The notes: generated from the sequence alone by a model not told the origin. Positions 25,680-38,277 are shown, numbered from the stretch's first letter. The stretch is DNA of 62,597 nt from Octopus bimaculoides (GCF_001194135.2 NC_068981.1:171080414-171143010); one strand, 5' to 3'. Translations and numbers: made by a program.

Positions 25680-26530
25680 TTTTATTTCAGAATTATATAA
25701 AGAAGATCCTAAAATTTAAGCATGGAGATGCACTCTACTGAACAGCGAACATATATTGGGAAATTTTATTACCAAAACCGAGTATCAATAATCAGCCTCA
25801 AGTATCGGACTCAACGAACATATCATTGTCGTTATGAAGCAGTGAATTGTCCAAATGAAACAATGGTCAGGCGATTAATTGGTCGCTTTGAGGATCAAGG
25901 ATCAGTAAGTGACCTCCCAAGAATAGGCAGTTCTCGCTCCGTTAGCAACGAAGCCACGGTCAGGCGTATGAGGGAGAGTATTGAAGAAGACCCGACAACA
26001 TCAACGCGATGTCGCTCTGGATAAGTTTTAGTCTGCAGGACACCTCTCCAATGCATTTTAAAAACAATGGATCTTTTTCAGTATGAAATCCAATTCGTGC
26101 AACACCCGAAAGAACCAGATTATGCTGTTAGATTACAATATGCCACATGATTCCAAGAATTAGCAAAAGAAGATCCATCTTGTTCTCCAGAGCTAACTGC
26201 TTCAGACTTTTTTCTATGGCTCTATCTTAAGGAAAAAGTTTATGTCAACAAGCCTCAAACAATAGCAGATCTTAAAAATAACATTAGAAGAGGAATTAGA
26301 TCACTGGAACCACAAACGTTAAGGGCTGTTATGGAAAACGCCTTAGAAGGAACACGTTTATGTGAATTAGAAAATGGACACCATTTAAAAGATGTCATCT
26401 TTCGCACTCAGGGGGAATAAATCTCACATTCTTTTTCTATAACGTACCTACTAAAATATCACAATTTTTAAACAAAATAAACGAGATATCAAATATTGAA
26501 ACACCTTCGTACTTTCTGAGCCATCCTGTA
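25680..26530 (+). mobile_element. IS630-Tc1-mariner transposon of DDxD type with central deletion; right terminus only
   Basis: N-terminal MHSTEQRTYIGKFYY...VRRLIGRFEDQGSVSDLPRIG (DUF4817/HTH-like) fused at ELAKEDP/SCSPELTASDFFLWLYLKEKVYVNKP (cf. RSPDLTPxDFFLWGYLK); ends TTTCTGAGCCATCCTG-TA. Confidence 0.85.
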
Positions 26531-26600
26531 CATAGATACATACATACATAGATACATACATACATACATACATACATACATACATACATACATACATACA
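26531..26600. repeat. (CATA)n microsatellite between a DNA transposon end and an R4/Dong fragment
   Basis: Direct reading. Confidence 0.95.
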
Positions 26601-27490
26601 TGAAAGGCAGTTCATTAAGCAACATTTTTGATAACCTAGAATACATGCTCAAAGAGTGGCACGATTATACCGCAATGTATCATCAGATGAAAGGATGTGC
26701 CTATATAAGCAGAAGACTATCCATGGATATGTTAGTAGAAAGCTCCGAGATGATAGTATCAGCGATCAACAAAGCAGTTTATCATGGACCAATAGCCATA
26801 TTACTACCTCCCGCTTTCAAGGTTATGTGTTTGCAATCCAGGAACAGAAAACATCAACCAAGTATCTGATGACCAAAAGGGATAGAGATGCAGGAAAAGC
26901 AGTAAATCTGACAACTGTTGCAGACTTTGTAGTGCTAACACCGAAGATATCACCCATATCATAAACAGTTGTCCGAAAATGTCATCACGGTGTTATCCAC
27001 CTATGGGACATGTTGTTTTAGCTAGAATACTCTATAATGAAATCCGTCAGAAGGATAACCCCGAGGACAAAGAAATACCACAGTATGGTAGAAGCCATAG
27101 CCACTCATAATAAAAAGGAGTACCGGTGGAATGTCCCAGAGAAACTGTGCGCAGTTGAGGAAATTAGATGCCCAGCGGATGAGAAATCTGAAGTTACTCT
27201 ATCCAGATTACAAGTTCAAGTTTATACCTGTACTTATTGGGGCCCTGGGATATGTAACACACTGCCTAAATACCAATCTTTAGAAATTAGACTTCTCAAA
27301 CCAGAAAGAAGAAAACTATTTCAAAAACTACAGATCCAATCAATCACTGGAACTGTAAAAATCTGTAAAACTTTCCATAGGTTTATCATTTAAATATATA
27401 TGAGCATGTCTAGATATGTAACTATATGCATGAGAATACATACATAAAACATACAAATCTGCATATATACGTACATACATACATACAAAA
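26601..27490 (+). mobile_element. R4/Dong-clade (RLE) LINE, 5'-truncated C-terminal region plus 3' UTR
   Basis: GYVFAIQEQ; CX2CX8HX4C knuckle CRLCSANTEDITHIINSC at 26919-26972; EEIRCPAD; IPVLIGALG; stop near 27393; the PD motif of the endonuclease lies in an internal deletion; several frameshifts. Confidence 0.85.
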
Positions 27491-27659
27491 ATTCCGTGAG
27501 ATGAGCTTGGTCGACGGAAACTGCGTAGATTCGTGTCGTGTGTGTTTATGTATGTATGTATGTATGTATGTATGTATGCATGTGTATGCATATGTGTGTG
27601 TGTGTGCGCGTGCGCGTGTTTGCATTTAGTCTATCGGTAGATTTTTCCTGGAAGTAGGC

Positions 27660-28193
27660 AATTGGGAAGCAAACTTCTTGCCAAACATCTACCAACGCAC
27701 GAAATTCCCTGCCCTCGAACCAATCTGTTGCTTCTGCTAAATATTAACAAAAATATACATTTACTCATAATTTTGAGTTCTATTTTTCCCGTTTCAATCA
27801 CCATTAGTCGTTTATTCCTTATTTGTTCATTTTCTGTTATGTTTGGTTCTTGTTGATTGGCTCACCATTTTCCAGTAGCTTCTTGCCCTCGGCGCCAGCA
27901 CACAGAAGCAATATTATCGTAAGGTGCAACATTGCCTTTGACTCTCTGGCCGCTAACTGATGAGGATATGATGAACTGTGTCTGTTTCCCGTTTGTACAG
28001 TTATTATACGCCTTTTAACTTGTATATATATATATATGTACATACCTACATCTACATGTGTATATGGATGAATATTCGGGTAAAGGACGGTAGAAAAATG
28101 AACTACAGACAACGGAACGAACACATAGGAAAACAAACAAGCCACTTGTGGAATTATTCCTTCATCAGCTGCCTCTATTCTAAACTAGGCGTT

Positions 28194-28196
<3 letters not shown>
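27660..28196 (-). mobile_element. Dispersed repeat remnant, Penelope-like (terminal repeat plus adjacent degraded sequence)
   Basis: Minus strand CGAAACGCCTAG...CAGCTGATGAAGG then a pyrimidine tract and TACATGTAGATGTAGGTATG; architecture parallels 17794-17945. Confidence 0.35.
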
Positions 28197-28266
<70 letters not shown>

Positions 28267-28584
28267 GTGTAGATGTAATTATGTACATATACGTATGTAT
28301 ATATACATATATATATTAATTATATTATTATATGATTGAACGTCATGCAACCTCTTCCAAGTAAGTTTTATCTTAGTAATTCGGATGCGCACTCTATACG
28401 ATCTTTTTACTCTTTCGTTTTTCTCTCCTTCTCTCTCTTATTCTTTTACCTTCACTTCTCCCACTATTCTTTCATATTGCTCTCTCATTCTCTTTCTCTT
28501 TCCCTCACTGGTCCTCCCTTGCTCACTAGACCGTCGGCCTTCTTTCTTTTTCTTTCTCTTCACCAACACATTACAACCGTTGGA

Positions 28585-29038
28585 TAGAGATGGCAGCGCT
28601 AAGCTTTATTTGAGGTATATACTTTTAAGGAGACTGATCTCGTAAAGAGGAAAACATTTAATTTTAAATCTCTAAGCGAGTAATAGTACTACACAGTAAA
28701 ATCTGTTTGCAAACATAAAGTGGTAGTCCTGATTATGACGATGTTACTATCAATTTTTTTAGCCTTAGGAAAAAATCCCTTGTTCGATGTATAAAGACGC
28801 AGTGGTGTGTTGGTAGGCAGCAGGAAAATATGTTTTCATTAGGCTAAAAAGGGTAGTAACATCGTCTTAATCAGAACTACCACTTTACGCTGGCAAATAG
28901 ATTCTACCCTGTCGTACTGTTATTACATACTTCTCGCTAAGAGATTTAAAACTAAATGTTTTCCTCTTTACGAGATCATTGATTGTGTGTCACTCTAAAA
29001 GTATACACCTCGAACAAGACCTAGTGTTGCCATCTCTA
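28585..29038. mobile_element. 454-bp fold-back MITE with TAGAGATGGCA...TGCCATCTCTA termini (hAT-like ends)
   Basis: Left arm 28585-28765 is an imperfect reverse complement of right arm 28841-29038; 75-bp spacer; no 8-bp TSD visible. Confidence 0.8.
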
Positions 29039-29121
29039 GCCAAGTTATCCTGTGCCGATGACGAGAAATAACCCAGAAGCTATAACCCGCAGGTACCGTT
29101 GAATTTGAGTGGGGATATTAG

Positions 29122-29258
29122 CTCTCTTGTTCGAGATATAAGAACGCAGTTGAGCGTTGGTAGCTAGTTGGAAAGGATGCTTTCCTGGGGCTAAGAAAGG
29201 TAGCAACATCGTCCTATTCAGGACTGCCACTTTACGTTGGCAAATAGATTTTACTCTC
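29122..29258. mobile_element. Partial second copy of the fold-back MITE (spacer plus start of right arm)
   Basis: CTTGTTCGAGATATAAGAACGCAG...GGCTAAGAAAGGTAGCAACATCGTCC...CCACTTTACGTTGGCAAATAGATT matches 28777-28905. Confidence 0.75.
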
Positions 29259-29263
29259 CTCCC

Positions 29264-29308
<45 letters not shown>

Positions 29309-29355
29309 NNNNNNNNNNNNNNNNNNNNNNNNNNNNNNNNNNNNNNNNNNNNNNN

Positions 29356-29422
<67 letters not shown>

Positions 29423-30129
29423 CATACAGATAAGTATATTAAAATATTTCGAGAAAGAGAAAAGTACATTTAAAAATATATTTACACCTCACTAATTTGG
29501 TAGAATGAAATAATACATTTACTATAAATAATATATTTTATTTTTCAAAAATTATTTTCCACAGATTGCTCAAAATATGTTATTTTATTTTATTAGGAAA
29601 TTGTAATGGAATAAAAATCACTGCTGTCCAAAATGATATTTCTTTCTTCTTTCTAGTGTGTAATAAATACCCTCGTGGGAGTTTAGTTATTTTTATTACT
29701 TTTGATGTAACCAATAATTATGTATTATAATTGCTAACAGCCCATCTTAAATTAAACTTCAGAAATATCATTGTATTCCAGAATATGTTGGAATACAAGT
29801 ATATTAATAATTTACTGAACTAATTTATAGAATAGTACCAAAAATATAGTGACATAAATAAATATACCATAGGTCGCCAAATTTTAATTTTTTTGAAAAT
29901 CCTTATTCTGTTTCTCACCTAAAGAAATTGTGTAGTGACAAGGACTGTCAACTATTTCTTAAAGATGAATGTTGAGTTGCAAGTTGATTTTATTTCAATA
30001 AAGAAAAGCTATGCACCCTTAAGCACCTCTCCCTTCTCTCTCTCTCTCCCTCCCTCTCTCTCTCTCTCCCTCTCTCTCTCACTCACTCGCTCAATCTTTC
30101 GACCGTGAACATCCTCAAACGCAATGGTA

Positions 30130-30480
30130 AGACCAGGTCAAGATGGCCAGGGTAGAGACGGATACAATGGGTGACGAAGATGTCGTACCTGCCTTATTTC
30201 TCTCTGTAAGCTTTATAATGCCTTACTGTAACCGCTTTACTCATCGAAGAACCATCAACGATTCCTCCGCCAATCAAGGAAGTCCAGTCTTCGCATCCAT
30301 AGGTGCAAGCCATATTATGCTAGTTATAACCCATAGCTGGGACTCCATGTTATGCTATTTAACTGATAACTGGGCTACGACTACTACAACTCAAAGTAGA
30401 TCTAGGAACAATGCCAGCCAAGGGAACGTTCTACACTCCTCCAAACCCTGGATCTCCGGAACCAGTTCCTACCTAACATA
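30130..30480 (-). mobile_element. Possible degraded RTE-type LINE RT C-terminal remnant
   Basis: Minus-strand TYGCEDWT (cf. YGCETWT/YGCESWT of RTE elements) in a GC-richer block; only one clear motif. Confidence 0.3.
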
Positions 30481-30600
30481 CGCAGTTTAAAGTTACACTC
30501 AGTATATCATGTATGTATATATACATATGTGTGTGTTTGCGTGTGTATGCATGTATGTATATACAGATAAAAACATGCGTACGTACATGCATATTGATTT

Positions 30601-30878
30601 ACTGTTAAAATCTCTAAAACTTACCGGTAGCATTTAAATATATATGAGCATGTCTAGATATGCAACTATATGCATGAGAATGCATACATAAAGCAAGGCA
30701 TACAAATATGCACATCTACATGCATGCATACATACATACATACATACATACATACATACATACATGCAAAAATACCCTGTTGTTGATGTTGAAATTCCCA
30801 TGAAGGAGCCTTAGATCTAGGTTAGAAACCGGCTCTTTCTCTATTGGCAAGAAATCGTGATAAAAAACTGAACAATGA
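30601..30878 (+). mobile_element. 3' terminus of the same R4/Dong family as 26601-27490
   Basis: CATTTAAATATATATGAGCATGTCTAGATATG(C/T)AACTATATGCATGAGAAT shared with 27388-27440; internal (CATA)n; ends ...AAAACTGAACAATGA followed by CATACATAC. Confidence 0.8.
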
Positions 30879-30885
30879 CATACAT

Positions 30886-30936
<51 letters not shown>

Positions 30937-31130
30937 TATATACATATGATACTGTTAGAAATGACTCCTCAGTCCAAAAATAATAATTGTAATGGCTCTA
31001 TATTTGTAAGCTGTTGCTTGAAAAAATACACCAAAGTTTTGATTAGCAGCATACCTGCACGAAACCTGTATACTGTCACCAACAGGTGCACGTGTGTAGG
31101 AGTGTGTGTGTATATATGTATGTATGCGTG

Positions 31131-31181
<51 letters not shown>

Positions 31182-31423
31182 ACGTGTCCATATGTGTGTG
31201 TGCGTGTATGTGTGTGCGCGTGTGTGCACACATTTTCTTGTATATTCAGACATTGAAAGACGATACACTACAGAAGTCTTGAGGGAAAGAATCCTGCTGA
31301 GACACCTTGTGCTGCGCATTGTCTTTTCATGCCTGTTGAATGATATATCTAAATATTTCTCGAAGCTTCTGCATTTTATAATATAAGTACAAAAGCAAAT
31401 TGAAAGATATACACATATATACA

Positions 31424-31890
31424 TATTAGGTTGGAAAGAATGTTCTGTTGCACATTCTGATGAGAAAGAAATAAGCGCTTCCTTGGTCTTTAACAATATA
31501 TTTAATCAAGATAATATTTCTGCTCATTATTGCTAACATAATCTCATCTATTCGGCAAATTGATAATGCCCCCTGCGCAAAATTGTCCAAGTTTCGAGGC
31601 CAAGAAACACTCAGTATCATTTTAAAACTCTTTACAGCTAAAAAAGCAAAAACAGTTTTCTTTCTAAATAATGTTGCAATGACCTGAAAAGACGGCTTAC
31701 ATTAGAAATGAGATCCACAGGATACAGTGTATATGTAGAAAGGCAGGAAGCAAAAACACTAATATCATATAATTCTGAACAGTCCTGATGGAAAATGTCT
31801 GTCCATACACTTTCACTAAACGCCACCATACCACCTAACAAAACGATGTTATCCATGCCTTTTTTTATATATACTGCCACATTTTAACGA
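31424..31890 (-). mobile_element. Mariner transposon 3' fragment with terminal inverted repeat
   Basis: Minus strand RLFRSLQHYLERKLF (cf. YHLFRSLQHFL) and IINLPNR*DYVSNNEQKYYLD* (cf. GIxKLPERWxKV); TA-TTAGGTTGG terminus. Confidence 0.75.
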
Positions 31891-32994
31891 AAATACGACT
31901 TCAATCGGGCTGTACAATTCGTAAGGAGGGAATGAATATGTTAAGGCTTCTTCCGCCACATCCAAGACATCCAATTTTCCATCCATTTGGAACTTGAGAA
32001 TAAATGAAGCTATTTTAATTAACAACTACACCCCGCGAAATAATAACAGACTGGAATTGTATACAGTTGATTGGATAGTATAGTAATGCAAATCAACCCT
32101 TCATACACTCACACTATGTAGCAGATAAATCAGATATCAAAGCCTTTTCTCTGTAAGTTTCCTAAAGAAGGGTGCCTAACAATGAAATATCGAAGTACCC
32201 ATAGCATTAATTCTTTTAGAAATCTTATTGATTTGGCTTTCAAAAATATCTAAAACATATCAGACAATACTTCGTAAAAGCTATTCTATATTATAACTAT
32301 ATATATATATATGAAAATATAAATGTTATGTTTTGTTCGCTTCCGCTTGTTCTTTTTTCTTTTTGTCCTAACTTTGGTTTANNNNNNNNNNNNNNNNNNN
32401 NNNNNNNNNNNNNNNNNNNNNNNNNNNNNNNNNNNNNNNNNNNNNNNNNNNNNNNNNNNNNNNNNNNNNNNNNNNNNNNNNNNNNNNNNNNNNNNNNNNN
32501 NNNNNNNNNNNNNNNNNNNNNNNNNNNNNNNNNNNNNNNNNNNNNNNNNNNNNNNNNNNNNNNNNNNNNNNNNNNNNNNNNNNNNNNNNNNNNNNNNNNN
32601 NNNNNNNNNNNNNNNNNNNNNNNNNNNNNNNNNNNNNNNNNNNNNNNNNNNNNNNNNNNNNNNNNNNNNNNNNNNNNNNNNNNNNNNNNNNNNNNNNNNN
32701 NNNNNNNNNNNNNNNNNNNNNNNNNNNNNNNNNNNNNNNNNNNNNNNNNNNNNNNNNNNNNNNNNNNNNNNNNNNNNNNNNNNNNNNNNNNNNNNNNNNN
32801 NNNNNNNNNNNNNNNNNNNNNNNNNNNNNNNNNNNNNNNNNNNNNNNNNNNNNNNNNNNNNNNNNNNNNNNNNNNNNNNNNNNNNNNNNNNNNNNNNNNN
32901 NNNNNNNNNNNNNNNNNNNNNNNNNNNNNNNNNNNNNNNNNNNNNNNNNNNNNNNNNNNNNNNNNNNNNNNNNNNNNNNNNNNNNNNNNNNNNN

Positions 32995-33071
<77 letters not shown>

Positions 33072-34109
33072 CTATATTTTTTTATGATCCCCGATTACCA
33101 GTTTTCAATCACATGTTTTTTGTCATGATGATGAAATTGAAGAAGACACCGAAATAGCCGTTATCTTCTTACTCACAATCATGCCTACATGAATGGATTG
33201 CAATATATCTCCTACAGATACATACAGAAGAGAGAAATATATAGTTTACCTTGTATTGTTTATATTACATGCTGAAATATTCCAAAAAGCATTTCATTAA
33301 ACTCATATCCAGTGATATATGTGTGTTGAAAGTAATAAAGAGGGTTATGTCATGACTAACATGTCCAACCTTATCACCGGCATACCGTAACTACTTGTTC
33401 ATATAAATTCAGCAAACAGAAATTGCATTATACTTTGCCCTACATATGAACTTCAAATCGAATTTCTCGATCGACGAACAATCAGAGTAAATCAACTTGT
33501 AAAAAAATATCTCGTAGTATAATGGATCCCGTTCAGCATTATAGAGATTATCTTAAAATACAAATAAATAAATAAATAAATAAGCCAGTGTTACCACAAT
33601 ACGCAAGAGTTAAACACAATGATATAGTGCATCAGAAAACCAATCTATAATGATTCTATATTTCATTTGTTATATTTAATATAGCGATTAATTCTATTAT
33701 CCTAATTCAATATCGACTAAAAGTATAATTGTTGTCATATATAGGTATCTGAAGGGAATATTATAATTATATTCAATCTGATATGATTTCAAACAAATTT
33801 CAAGTCTTATACATGAAATTAGATTCACACATATACGCAGAATCGTCTATGTATATGTGTGGATACATACATGTGTATGCGGATGCATCTATATGATATA
33901 TATATATACACATATATACACACCCATGCATATGTATGTATATATATATATATATTCAGAGAGTGGAAGGGAGACTATATATATATATATATATATACTT
34001 ACAGATATGCACATACACACACACAAAATCGTATACAAATGATTGTATGGGTATCGTGATGTAGGAATATCTAAGATCGATAAGTGTGCGAGTGTGTTCT
34101 ACATAGTGA

Positions 34110-34140
<31 letters not shown>

Positions 34141-34161
34141 TTAACTGTCTCTCTCTCTCAG

Positions 34162-34211
<50 letters not shown>

Positions 34212-34457
34212 CAGAGAGTGAGAGAAAGAGAGACAGACAGATATATATATATATATATATATATANNNNNNNNNNNNNNNNNNNNNNNNNNNNNNNNNNN
34301 NNNNNNNNNNNNNNNNNNNNNNNNNNNNNNNNNNNNNNNNNNNNNNNNNNNNNNNNNNNNNNNNNNNNNNNNNNNNNNNNNNNNNNNNNNNNNNNNNNNN
34401 NNNNNNNNNNNNNNNNNNNNNNNNNNNNNNNNNNNNNNNNNNNNNNNNNNNNNNNNN

Positions 34458-34494
<37 letters not shown>

Positions 34495-34846
34495 AATTTA
34501 GAAGTATAAATAAATGTCTTCCCCTCCCGTCTCCTATAGTTGAAAGAAGAAGCGCCTGAAATAATTCCTAGTTTGTCTGATTACTAGATACTTCAATGCA
34601 GTGATATTGAGAATCTCATACAATAGATTATGTACTTCCCATGTGTCTTTATGATGCGTTCTCTTTTTATTTGAAGTTTTTTTCCCCTTCATTTAACACC
34701 CACGTTATTGTATATAAAACTAAAATTTCATATCATAATGGAAACTGTTAATTGTTTATAAAAGTGTTGTATGGTGTTACAATCAGCAAGAAGAGGAATT
34801 TCGCTTTTTACGTTTAGTTTCTTAATACTGCGCAGAAGCACCTTCA

Positions 34847-35213
34847 CCTCTCCGTCAATTCTATCCATTCTACAACGGCTTCATCTGAAGAAGACATTTG
34901 CAGTTCACTGACACCCAAGTGCACTTCAAGCACGTCATTCTCCTGTAGCCAGAGGTACTCAGTCACACCGTTCACATCTTTCCCATATAACATCAACCGT
35001 ATTGAATCTTCCTCCGTATTGAACATTGCATCGTATTTGACGCAGTTCCGTAACTAGAGTATTCGACATGCCCAAGACGTGGAGATTATGTTACGGATTG
35101 ACTAAGTTATGAAAGCGAATTTTCATTGCAGTAAGGTTTGCCTCGATTAAAAGTCTAGGGTTCATCTTAGAGCCAATGTAATGATCATGATTCACTTGCT
35201 TTTTCCGAACAAC
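34847..35213 (-). pseudogene. Disabled coding segment fitting a ubiquitin/SUMO-like (UBL) domain
   Basis: MKIRFHNLVNP*HNLHVLGMSNTLVTELRQI (35126-35034), then after a 2-nt frameshift YDAMFNTEEDSIRLMLYGKDVNGVTEYLWLQENDVLEVHLG; matches ubiquitin at M1, I3, L8, L15, V17 and RLxxxGK, and SUMO at DSxR...ND(I/V)(I/L)ExH; alignment by eye only. Confidence 0.45.
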
Positions 35214-35268
35214 GTCTATATATAAAACAGTCTGAATGTGACTCAAATACCAAATACACACACACACA

Positions 35269-35302
<34 letters not shown>

Positions 35303-36068
35303 ACACACACACTCACACACAAACTCACGCACGCACACAAACACACGCGCGCGCACAGACACACACATTCACATGTACATATATTCACATATACATATAT
35401 ATGTGTGTATATGTGTATGTGTAACGAAAAAGAAAGTTATTTGATAAACGTTTTTACCAAATTATAATTGCTACTTATAAAAACATCTCTGCTCTCTCCA
35501 TTAAATAATCCTGCGATATTTGATATTATATAAACATCATATTATTTTTTATCAGCTACTGCTAGCACAAAAGAAACAGAAGAAAAGAAAAAAATAGAAT
35601 CAAAACTTATTTCACCAATAACTCTCTGAATTCTCTTTTATACCTGCACATTACCTGATGTTCGTTATCTGAATACTCTTGGGGAGTATGTACTGAGGCA
35701 AATTTGAAATTAGAAACTGCAGCTGGAAGTGACTAACAGTGGATGTCGAAAAGAAATTGGCAATTTATGCAAGAAACTTTAATTGGAATAACATGTGAAA
35801 TACGAAACTGATGCAAATTTTATTTACAGAATTGAGTACCTTTTTTTAAATATTTTTTATGGAATAAATTATTTTTAGAGTTTTAGCTTTTAGCATATTC
35901 ATCATTTTGGTTTCAGTATCAGTTTACTAATATTGCTTCATCTTTTTTGTCTTTGTATTCAGCAAACTGCTAGAGTTGGGGGACAGCATTAACTCCTTAG
36001 ATAACTCTACGCTGCACTAAATAGCATGCACTTACGTATAGGTTACAGTTCGGTGCGCTTGTGTGTGT

Positions 36069-36107
<39 letters not shown>

Positions 36108-36242
36108 CGTGCGTATGTGCGTGCGTATGTGAGTGTGTGTGCGTATGCGAGTGTGTGTGTGTGTATATGTGCGTGTGCCCGTGCGTGTGTGTGCCCGTGT
36201 GTGTGTATGCGTGTTTGTGTGTATGTATAGAAACATATATCT

Positions 36243-36467
36243 AAATATCCCTCGCCATATCGCGGTTCACCTGTCGCGGTTTATTATTTAAGCTTACGTT
36301 GATTCCTCCATAGTTTTGTTTTGCATTTATGATAAAATAAATATATACAAATTATAAAAATAATTTTGAAAAATATATACTACCGTACTGTTTTTGCTTC
36401 GCATATTTTCACCCTTTGGCGCGTTATTTTCGAACGTAACACCCGCGCTAGTCGAATAATTACTGTA
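36243..36467. mobile_element. Tigger/pogo-like MITE
   Basis: 5' TCCCTCGCCATATCGCGGT and 3' ACCCGCGCTAGTCGAATAATTACTG-TA are imperfect inverted termini of the CAGTA(A)TCCCTCG type. Confidence 0.5.
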
Positions 36468-36471
36468 TATG

Positions 36472-37090
36472 TATTTGGTTGTAAAGAAAATTCTATTGCA
36501 TTTTTGACATGATCACTTTGAGAGAAAATTTCAAATACAATAAAATTAGCATTAATTTCTACAATTTAATATCTGTCTGTTTTCTTTGCAGGATTACTTT
36601 ATACCACAGTTGTTAAATTCTTATACATTTGGCCCTTCAAAATAAATTCCAGACCTATATCAGATACTGCATGGTGTATGAATTCAAAAAGAGTCTTTCG
36701 GCAATGGAAGCAGCATGAAATATCGTCCTCTCCATGAAGATGAATGTAAGTCTCCGTACATTCTAAGGATGTGAAATTTTTCTCTCACAGATTCCTCTAG
36801 ATCTAAACTACCAAGTTTAGTCGATATTGAGCTACTTAGAACCGTAGGTCACGAAAGTTCCAAGCAAACTGCACGGGAATTAGCTAAACAATTCAAACGT
36901 CATTTTGATCATAAAGCACCTTCATGAACCAAGAAAAATGATACGGCGTGTATCTCATCACCTGATTACTTCTCAACTTAATGTAAGTGTTGCTTTCCGC
37001 TGTTCATTGAAAATTAGATTTGCTATCGCACCTTTCCTGGGTAATCATCACAAATGAGGTAAAGTAGGTTTTTTCTAATCATATTCGACA
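36472..37090 (+). mobile_element. Mariner transposon 5' relic
   Basis: TA-TTTGGTTG terminus; YIRYCMVYEFKKSLSAMEAA*NI (cf. HIRHCMLYEFKKGxxAxEAARNI) and KQTARELAKQF (cf. RQTTRELAEQL). Confidence 0.75.
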
Positions 37091-38217
37091 ACTTATTTAC
37101 GCATATCATTTAAACAGTATACTTTGTGTGTAATAATCATGTCCCTATCACAATGTTGCAGGTTTCTGTCCATATGAAACACTGCTGTGTGCGAAGTAGA
37201 TATATACAATCCGTATCAGCTCTCTTTGCTTCCTAAGTTCTTCTGATAACTTAATTTCCATTTTATAATGTTGAAGTATTATTTTATAACCAGAATCATT
37301 ATATTAACCATATATATTATGCTGTTTATTTTACATTGAGTTTAGTTTTTAATAATAGCCTTAGTCTTCTGTATAATTTTTTATATTGTTTGCCTTCCTT
37401 TTCCTGTGTCGTATCGTATCCGTGTCATATGAACCTAAGTATTGTATCAGGGCTTGTATCAGTAAGTAGATCCAATTAATATGCCCGTGTAGTAGAATCT
37501 ATGTAACGCTTATTTTATGGGTATTTTTATATCTTCTTTGAACTTCTGAACATATTTTCGTAGGGTTTACCTCCAGCAAAATGTCAGTACATCAACAATG
37601 CTATTATAGATAAATATCATTTTGATAAAAATCAGATTAGTTACATAGGATGCGCAATACAATGTTTCTCATAGACCCGAAAAACTCATTACTATACAAA
37701 GAAATATCAACACAACAACCGCTTATAGACGTTAGTGACGAGGTATCGAAGGAAGTATGCAACAGTCGTTGAAACTGCTAAGAGTGGCAGTTAAATCTTC
37801 CTCAAATTTCACACAATTACAAAAAACAATGACACATTGAGGGGAATGGTCATGTTTCACTGACTTGGGAGACAACGAAATAATTGCAGTTTGACTATAT
37901 TGAATCATTGGAGTGCCCATCACAGCTGACTATGAAATAAACATCAATGCAAAGAAGTTTGTTACGTACTGAGAAAGGGTCAATGCTGATTCTCATCTGA
38001 TTATTTTAACACACGCAGGCACAATTCACACATATACATGCGTGCGTGTGCGTATGTGTGTGTGTATACACACACATATATATGCCTATGTGTGCGTCCA
38101 TATCTATCACGTATTGCTGTAAAAGGATGTTTGTTGGTGTAAATTATTTTCCAGTATGACTAGTTATTTCTAATTAGATTTCCAATCGGTTTGTGTATCT
38201 GCATTTGTTAGTCTTTT

Positions 38218-38277
<60 letters not shown>

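Noticed and set aside
30143-30490. 115-aa plus-strand ORF
   Set aside because: More likely the antisense of a degraded RTE-like fragment; no host-protein features
34844-35026. Alternative reading of this peptide as a Cys-loop receptor N-terminus (V.EV..G....Q....DE spacing)
   Set aside because: Lacks the RP motif and the downstream NQ and W residues; the UBL alignment explains more positions, including the upstream frame
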